Source of the DNA: Bdellovibrionota bacterium
GTDB taxonomy: Bacteria; Bdellovibrionota; Bdellovibrionia; Bdellovibrionales; JAEYZS01
Length of the DNA: 32,083 nucleotides
Assembly (NCBI GenBank): GCA_963169515.1
Contig: CAUJEF010000031.1
Coordinates: 1-32,083, forward strand
Direction: 5' to 3'
The notes beneath the pieces were generated by a model. That model ran no database searches, was not told the origin of the DNA, and saw only the letters and a list, made by a program, of their open reading frames with translations. Shown in pieces: positions 25,861-32,083 of the stretch (positions are counted from its first letter, which is position 1; every line of letters begins with the position of its first letter). Made by a program: the position numbers and the translations under genes.

Positions 25861-26706
25861 ATGTTTTATACTGATAAGCTAAAAGATATTATATTGACTG
25901 CGTTCGATACTGAAACGTCAGGTGGTTATCCGGTTTACTCGGATATTTGTGAATTTGCAGCAGTGAAGTGGCGTGGTGGAAAGATTCTCGAAACCTACCA
26001 AACATTATTGAAACCGCGTGAGCTGATGACGGATTTCATAATTGGTATTCATGGTATCTCAAACGAAATGGTAAAAGATGCTCCGGTTATTTCCGACAAA
26101 ATTCAAGAGATTCATAAGTTTTTGAGCGATGGATTTTTAGTTGCTCACCATGCACCATTTGATCTTGGTTTTATCTCTTACGAGTTTGAAAAAGCGGCGC
26201 TGAACTTACCAATTCGCCCTGTTTTTTGTACATCATTATTGTCACGCGCCCTTTTCCCTGAGCCATTAAATCATAAACTTCAAACGCTAATAGAATTTTT
26301 TAATATTCCGAAAGGAACTGCTCATCGAGCATTGGACGATGCAAAGGCTTGCTTGGAAGTGGCACTGAGATGCATAGAAAAAAAGGGATGGGATGAAAGC
26401 GTTCAGAGTCTTTTGGCGGTTCAGGGCAAAGAAATCATTTGGAATAATTTTTCATTAAATCAGCTACGGGAAAGCGAAATGGGGCGAAATTTGATTGCAG
26501 CAATGGAAAAAAAATCTGAGGTTATGATTGTTTACGGAACCGACGCGAAGGCTGAAAATTTTCGTCCTATCCGACCAAAAGGTATCGTGCGAAGTCCGAA
26601 CGGAGACTTCATATTTGCATTTTGTGAAATCGACAAAATTGATAAGCGATTTTATATGAGGCGTATTCAGAGGGTGAAGTTGGTAGATCAAACGGAATTG
26701 TTTTAA
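25861..26706 (+). CDS. DEDDh 3'-5' exonuclease (DnaQ-like) with C-terminal WYL-like domain
   Basis: FDTETSG, HHAPFD, HRALDDA; C-terminal IVY...RPIRP...FIFAFC...RFYMRRI WYL-like pattern. Confidence 0.85.
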   Translation: MFYTDKLKDIILTAFDTETSGGYPVYSDICEFAAVKWRGGKILETYQTLLKPRELMTDFIIGIHGISNEMVKDAPVISDKIQEIHKFLSDGFLVAHHAPFDLGFISYEFEKAALNLPIRPVFCTSLLSRALFPEPLNHKLQTLIEFFNIPKGTAHRALDDAKACLEVALRCIEKKGWDESVQSLLAVQGKEIIWNNFSLNQLRESEMGRNLIAAMEKKSEVMIVYGTDAKAENFRPIRPKGIVRSPNGDFIFAFCEIDKIDKRFYMRRIQRVKLVDQTELF

Positions 26707-26712
26707 GGCATC

Positions 26713-27684
26713 TTATTCTTTTATTTTTCCAATAGGTAGGTCTGGAATGTCGGTCTCAGCAGAGGCTTCGCTTTGTGATTGTTGTGCTTGGGGGAGATAA
26801 GCGGACAACTTTTTCGTCAGGCTTTCAGCAACTTCTTCGAGGTGGGTAAAGTCATCACCACCGCGAAGCTTAAGCGGGCGCATTTTCCCTTGAGTCAGGT
26901 CTTCTAAAAATTTTTCAAATGCGTAAATCGGTCCTGCCGCACGATGAGAGAAAATCAGGCCAATAAAAAACAAAAATATAATAAAAATTCCACTGACGAT
27001 CAAAAATGTTAAAATAAATGGAATTAAAAATCGATTCTCAATTTCTGCCTGATGGCCTGCGAGTTCCATAATTGTAATTCGCATATACGTGTATGAATAG
27101 GTTCCTGCTACTATGGCAAATGCTAATCCAAACAGGAGTAACAGTCGTACGTATTTCAGTTGATATTGAGAATTGATAAAAAAAGATTTCCTATTGTTAT
27201 TTTCAGGCCAAATATTTTTTCCGTCTTTGACTAACCCATACATGATAAATCCGTACCCAACCCACTGCAAAGCGTCTGCCAAATTAAAAGCAGGAGACGT
27301 CATTTGCAAGTTTCCAAATACAATAAAGTCAACAACATAACCATAGATAATGCGGTCGAATACATTCCCTAAAATCCCACCCAATAGAATTGCGAGCCCG
27401 GCTCGCAGTGGGAATGATTTCGATGGCAGTAGGTACTGGATCGAAAAAAAGATTAAAACGAGAAATGCGCCCCCCGTGGAAAGAGAAACAACCCGTAATA
27501 CGGGCGGTAGGTTTGAAAATAATCCCAACATTATCCCAGAATTGTGATGCATCAAAAATCCGATCGGACCAAAAAACTTAACCCCAGAGATTATTTCTTC
27601 GGCTGCCATTTTTGATATGCGATCCACAAACCAGGTGATAAATAATGGAGCATAAACAAAAAATAGCCAGTGTCGTTTGGTCAT
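26713..27684 (-). CDS. lspA: Lipoprotein signal peptidase II with C-terminal 2TM/HAMP-like extension
   Basis: DRISK, HNSG, GGILGNVFDR, VVDFI, FNLAD catalytic motifs, plus about 160 extra C-terminal residues. Confidence 0.85.
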   Translation of the reverse strand: MTKRHWLFFVYAPLFITWFVDRISKMAAEEIISGVKFFGPIGFLMHHNSGIMLGLFSNLPPVLRVVSLSTGGAFLVLIFFSIQYLLPSKSFPLRAGLAILLGGILGNVFDRIIYGYVVDFIVFGNLQMTSPAFNLADALQWVGYGFIMYGLVKDGKNIWPENNNRKSFFINSQYQLKYVRLLLLFGLAFAIVAGTYSYTYMRITIMELAGHQAEIENRFLIPFILTFLIVSGIFIIFLFFIGLIFSHRAAGPIYAFEKFLEDLTQGKMRPLKLRGGDDFTHLEEVAESLTKKLSAYLPQAQQSQSEASAETDIPDLPIGKIKE

Positions 27685-27685
27685 T

Positions 27686-29194
27686 TCATTCCTTTTCTAC
27701 ATACAGCGCCGGCGTGAAGTCCCCATTCAAAGCCGGAGAATAGTTTTTCACCCTCTTATTTACGATAGATATCTGTGTGTTGTACCACAGTGGGATGATT
27801 GCAAGATCTTTGTACACGATGTCTTGAATCATTTTGTAATGCTGTATTCTTTTTTGCGTATCAGAAATTCCGATGCCATTGACAAGTAAGCGGTCCAGCG
27901 TCTTGTTCACATAACTTCCGCGGTTCCGTTTCCGTGGAGGAAGCTCTTCAGAATGAAAAGCAACACGGTAGATATCTGGATCTGTAATTCCCACCCACCG
28001 CATCATGGAAACTTGAAAGTTTCCCTTGTTGATATCATCAAAAAAAGTTCCCCACTCATAGCTTTGCAATTTAACTTTAAACCCCACTTTTTCTAATTGC
28101 GCAGCAATTACTTTTGCGATTTCAACTGTCTCTTGGTTGTTCGACGTTTTGAAAAGAAGTGGAAGACCATATAAATTTTCTTTTTTCAAAATGCGCTCAG
28201 ATTCTGTGGGATTGTATGCGGCGGGTTTCAAATCAGGATTAAAAAATGGACTGTTGGGCGGCATAATTGAGGTCGCGCTCAGACCAAAGCCTTCGAGTTT
28301 GTACTTAATGATTTCGTCACGGTTTATGGCTAAGTTAAGCGCTTCCCTAAGGGCTTTGTGCTTGATAAGATCGTCTTTGAAGTTAAGCAACATATAGTTC
28401 ATTGATGGGCCAATATATTTATACACCATGAAGTTTGATGATTTTTCCTCGAGATACTTTACTTTCGAAAGAGGAATACCTGTCTGAACTATGTCGATGT
28501 TTCCTTTAACTGTTTGCATAAAGCGGGTATTGTCGTCTTGAATAATTTTAAAAATTAGATTTTTAACTTTGGGTTGCAGGCGAGGGTGGTTTTCACGGGC
28601 TCTCAAAACGATTTCATTTGCGGATTGGGAAACAAATGTAAACGATCCTGTGCCCACGAGGCTGCGGTTAAAATCATCTTTCAGTTTTTCAACAATTTTT
28701 TTAGGCAATATTTTGACTAGGGTTAAATCTGTTAGCAAGGGTGCCGCAAATTTATCCACTTTCAGTGTTACGGTTGGCTCAAGTTTATCAAAATCCACCG
28801 TCACGGATTTAATAGAGGATAAAGTAGATTTAAATGGGCTTTTCTCGCCCTGATAAACTTGGAATGTGTACAAAATATCTTCTGCTGTAACAGGTGATCC
28901 ATCCGAGAAGGAAAGGTTTGAGTACAAAATAAATGTATATGTATTATTTTTGTATTCCCAGGTCTTTGCGAGATCGCCTGTCAACTGAAGATCAGGGCCA
29001 ACGCGAACTAATCCGTTGAATATCAAGCCATTTATTCGCTGGCCATTGGCATCGAGAGAAAATCGCGGATCAAGCGTTTTCGGTGAGTCTGAAATTGCAA
29101 ATACCAGGGTATCGGGGCTGGACTGGGGCTTTCGTGTGCAGCCGAAGGCGCATACAACGATCAAAATCAAAGATGTTAAAATTCTGCCTTGCAT
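27686..29194 (-). CDS. ABC transporter family 5 (peptide/nickel) solute-binding lipoprotein
   Basis: Lipobox AFGC; PKTLDPR, FSDGSPVTAEDI, GTGSF, REALNLAINRDEII. Confidence 0.93.
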   Translation of the reverse strand: MQGRILTSLILIVVCAFGCTRKPQSSPDTLVFAISDSPKTLDPRFSLDANGQRINGLIFNGLVRVGPDLQLTGDLAKTWEYKNNTYTFILYSNLSFSDGSPVTAEDILYTFQVYQGEKSPFKSTLSSIKSVTVDFDKLEPTVTLKVDKFAAPLLTDLTLVKILPKKIVEKLKDDFNRSLVGTGSFTFVSQSANEIVLRARENHPRLQPKVKNLIFKIIQDDNTRFMQTVKGNIDIVQTGIPLSKVKYLEEKSSNFMVYKYIGPSMNYMLLNFKDDLIKHKALREALNLAINRDEIIKYKLEGFGLSATSIMPPNSPFFNPDLKPAAYNPTESERILKKENLYGLPLLFKTSNNQETVEIAKVIAAQLEKVGFKVKLQSYEWGTFFDDINKGNFQVSMMRWVGITDPDIYRVAFHSEELPPRKRNRGSYVNKTLDRLLVNGIGISDTQKRIQHYKMIQDIVYKDLAIIPLWYNTQISIVNKRVKNYSPALNGDFTPALYVEKE

Positions 29195-29292
29195 AACTTC
29201 TCAATTAAAAGTGGAAGCACCCGACAGGTACCATTAAGATAGTATATGTATTCTATATTGATTGGTATAGATTTTTTCAAGGTGGGGTTTGC

Positions 29293-30666
29293 TTGATTAG
29301 AGGTCTATTTTTACTACTTTTAGTGCCGCAGCTTTCCTTTGGTCACGATTTAGATAAAATCATTAAGAAGAGCGGAGTTCCCAAATCAGACTTGGGGATC
29401 TGTATTGGGGCGGCGACAAGTCCAATTTATGAAGTAAATTCGAAACAAAAACTTATTCCAGCATCTTTATCAAAAATTTTGACAGGAATTGCGGCGCTAA
29501 AAACATTTGGTTCTGGGTATCGTTTCAAGACGCAACTCTACGTTGACGGAGAGGTCACTGATCAGACTCTCAAGGGTAAATTATACATCAAGGGGGGCGG
29601 TGATCCTTCTCTTGTTTCAGAAAATATGTGGGTTCTCGTAAATAATTTTTTACGGAATGACATTCGAAAAATCGATGGCTCTGTTGTTGTTGATAATTCA
29701 GCTTATGACAATGCTTTTATAGACTCAAGTCGGGAAGATTCGCGTGTAGATAGGGCCTATGATTCGCCAGTGTCAGCGGCACCTTTCAATTGGAATTCTA
29801 TCGGGGTCTATGTGCGCCCGGGCAAAAAAAAGGGCGACGCGGTAAAGGTTTTTATGGATCCTTGGAATTCTTATTTCAAAGTTACAGATAAGGCGACAAC
29901 CACTTCTGGGAGTGGACAAGACGTTTGGGTTACGAGGACTGGTAAGGAAATCATCGTGACTGGAAAAATGGGTATTGGGCACAGCGAAAAGGTCTTTTAT
30001 AAAAATATTGATGATCCGGTCCAGTGGGTAGGAACGGGTTTACTTGATTTTCTCGGCCAACGTGGGATTGAGGTCGTAAACAAAAAGGTGCAAGAGGGTA
30101 AGGTTCCGTCAGGCGCACGCCTAGTTGCCGAAGCCCCGGGCTGGAGTATCGACGAGCTAGTTAATGGGATGCTTCGATTCTCAAATAATTTTATTGCTGA
30201 AATGTTGACAAAAAATTTGGCGCTTTCAAATGGAGCTTCACAAGGTACAATTGCGACCGGAGTCCATACAATAAAAAAAATGATCTCAACCTATGGAGTT
30301 AAGGAGTCAGAATACGAATTTATAAATCCATCGGGTTTGAGTCGTGAAAATAAACTTACCGCACAGCAACTTTCAACAATTTTAGAGAATGCTCGAAAAG
30401 ATTTTTGGGTGAGTGGCGGATTTATGAATGCACTGCCTTTTCCAAGTGGTGAAGGGTCTTTGTCAAAACGCATGGTCAAGTTGGACGAAAAGCGCTGGAT
30501 TCGAGCAAAAACAGGACTCTTGACGGGGGTCGTTGGGCTGGCCGGGTACATAGGGCAGAAAAACAGTGAACCAATCACATTCGTTTTCATTTATAATGGT
30601 AATGGTAAAGAAGAAAAGGCTCGGGAACTCTTTGATCGTTTAGCCGTGGAGATGGTCAATAAATGA
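29293..30666 (+). CDS. dacB: D-alanyl-D-alanine carboxypeptidase/endopeptidase (PBP4, peptidase S13)
   Basis: PASLSK (SxxK), GGGDP, FSNNF (SxN), SGLSR, AKTG. Confidence 0.95.
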   Translation: MIRGLFLLLLVPQLSFGHDLDKIIKKSGVPKSDLGICIGAATSPIYEVNSKQKLIPASLSKILTGIAALKTFGSGYRFKTQLYVDGEVTDQTLKGKLYIKGGGDPSLVSENMWVLVNNFLRNDIRKIDGSVVVDNSAYDNAFIDSSREDSRVDRAYDSPVSAAPFNWNSIGVYVRPGKKKGDAVKVFMDPWNSYFKVTDKATTTSGSGQDVWVTRTGKEIIVTGKMGIGHSEKVFYKNIDDPVQWVGTGLLDFLGQRGIEVVNKKVQEGKVPSGARLVAEAPGWSIDELVNGMLRFSNNFIAEMLTKNLALSNGASQGTIATGVHTIKKMISTYGVKESEYEFINPSGLSRENKLTAQQLSTILENARKDFWVSGGFMNALPFPSGEGSLSKRMVKLDEKRWIRAKTGLLTGVVGLAGYIGQKNSEPITFVFIYNGNGKEEKARELFDRLAVEMVNK

Positions 30667-32045
30667 AATTTATGTTGTGCCTGTTATTGCCAATGTTGGC
30701 GCTCAGTTCGGCGACTGAGCCTCGAAAATGGCGCGCTCCAAATTATGAGTCTCAGACCGATGTTCTCGGTTATGATAAGAAAACATTTTCAGTTCCAGAA
30801 AATTTGAAAGATCGTGTTCAGTTTTGGGTTGATATTTACACAAAATATACTACGTCACAGGGAATCTTGCATGACAGTAAACATTTGGATTTAATTTACG
30901 AAACTATCGATTTCACATCAATAGATAAAAATGAAACACTAACTTCTAGCGAGAAAAGCAAGCAAAAGCGTAAGCTCGAAAAGGAACGAAAAAAGTACCT
31001 TTCCGATCTTTTTGTGAAATTTAGAAATTTGAAATCTCCGGATGAGCTGACAGAGCCTGAGCGGAAGCTTTGGGAAAAGTTTGAAAAAATAAATGAAAAG
31101 GATAAGTTCGCCGAGGTGGGGCGCCGAGGGCGCCTTCGTTTGCAAATGGGGCTGCGAGACCGATTTATTCAGGCAATTTTTGATTCTGGACGCTATCTTG
31201 AATTGATGGAACAAATTTTTCGTGAAAAAAACTTACCTATTGAGCTGACACGGCTTCCATTTGTCGAAAGCTCATTCAATCTTAATGCACGTTCTAAATC
31301 TGGGGCGAGTGGCATTTGGCAAATTATGCCCTATACTGGCCGGCGCATGATGAAGGTGAATTATATCGTAGACGAACGGAATGAACCCTTGAGGGCTACG
31401 CAAGCGGCAGCAAAACTTTTAAAGTTCAACTTTGATGAATTGCAAGACTGGTCCCTGGCTGTGACGGCATATAATTTTGGAGTTACAGGGATGAAACGTC
31501 TTGTAAACAAAATGAAGACTGGTGATCTAAATAATTTTATTGGAAAAAATCCTTCTCGCCGCTTCGGATTTGCATCCAGCAGTTTTTACGCTAGCTTTCT
31601 TGCAGCACTTATTGTTGAAAGGGAAGCCAATAAATACTTTGGCGATGTTTTGTGGGATAAGCAAATTGAATACGAAGAAGTTGTAAGTGACAAACAGCTT
31701 TATTTTAAAGATCTCGTGGCACTTTATGATAACGATGATCAATACGCTTGGCAGATGAATCCGCATCTTACGAAGCGTGCTGTAAAAAGTATGTTCTTGA
31801 TTCCCAAGGGAACACTGTTGCGATTGCCATTGAATAAAAAGCAAGAGTACGTGGCATTGATTTCAAAACAGCCCGATAGCAACATGATGGCTGCAAATGA
31901 TCCACAATCCTATCGCGTGGTTCCTGGGGATACTCTATCAGACATTGCAAAAATGTTTCGTGTGCGTTTGGATAAAATTATTGACGCCAATGACAACCTA
32001 AATCCTCGACAGCTACGTCCTGGACAGGTAATTACGATTCCTTAA
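30663..32045 (+). CDS. Lytic transglycosylase (SLT domain, MltD-like) with C-terminal LysM
   Basis: LPFVESSFN catalytic Glu, GASGIWQIMPYT, TAYNFG; YRVVPGDTLSDIA...LRPGQVITIP LysM. Confidence 0.93.
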   Translation: MKFMLCLLLPMLALSSATEPRKWRAPNYESQTDVLGYDKKTFSVPENLKDRVQFWVDIYTKYTTSQGILHDSKHLDLIYETIDFTSIDKNETLTSSEKSKQKRKLEKERKKYLSDLFVKFRNLKSPDELTEPERKLWEKFEKINEKDKFAEVGRRGRLRLQMGLRDRFIQAIFDSGRYLELMEQIFREKNLPIELTRLPFVESSFNLNARSKSGASGIWQIMPYTGRRMMKVNYIVDERNEPLRATQAAAKLLKFNFDELQDWSLAVTAYNFGVTGMKRLVNKMKTGDLNNFIGKNPSRRFGFASSSFYASFLAALIVEREANKYFGDVLWDKQIEYEEVVSDKQLYFKDLVALYDNDDQYAWQMNPHLTKRAVKSMFLIPKGTLLRLPLNKKQEYVALISKQPDSNMMAANDPQSYRVVPGDTLSDIAKMFRVRLDKIIDANDNLNPRQLRPGQVITIP

Positions 32046-32083
32046 GGTTCCAGGTTCTTTTTCCATCCGGTATTCGGACAAAC

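Noticed and set aside
1..32083. CRISPR array, prophage, IS/transposase, tRNA or rRNA
   Set aside because: No regularly spaced direct repeats, no phage/transposase/integrase motifs and no cloverleaf or rRNA signatures were found by inspection

Overview
A gene-dense chromosomal segment of mostly housekeeping and cell-envelope genes. It most likely comes from a Bdellovibrionota-type (predatory, Bdellovibrio-like) bacterium. That assignment is inferred from an orphan motAB pair, a dacB + lytic transglycosylase pair, an RAPAS-motif protein, myxobacterial-type surface proteins and FliA-like promoter boxes. Gene order: crcB, rpsI, rplM, truA, an outer-membrane barrel + CFI-box surface protein pair, asd, pssA, a polyprenol/DAG kinase, a putative OM protein + signal-peptide-bearing Ser/Thr kinase, hypotheticals, a metalloprotease-propeller-Omp85 fusion, pal-DUF4398-cpoB, tsaD-rsmA-smpB, a 2TM/HAMP-like protein, an 11-residue-repeat lipoprotein, an RluB-like synthase, hypotheticals, dsbD, motAB, a lipoprotein, a degenerate S26 peptidase, a DEDDh-WYL exonuclease, an LspA-HAMP-like fusion, an ABC solute-binding protein, dacB and an SLT-LysM transglycosylase. 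No tRNA, rRNA, CRISPR array or transposase was seen. The most notable oddities are: a 90-bp element with perfect 27-bp inverted repeats ending exactly at the tsaD start codon; an apparently exported Hanks-type kinase paired with a barrel-like protein; an LspA fused to a module that also occurs stand-alone in the window; and a likely inactive signal peptidase I homologue. All family assignments come from motif recognition by eye, not database searches.
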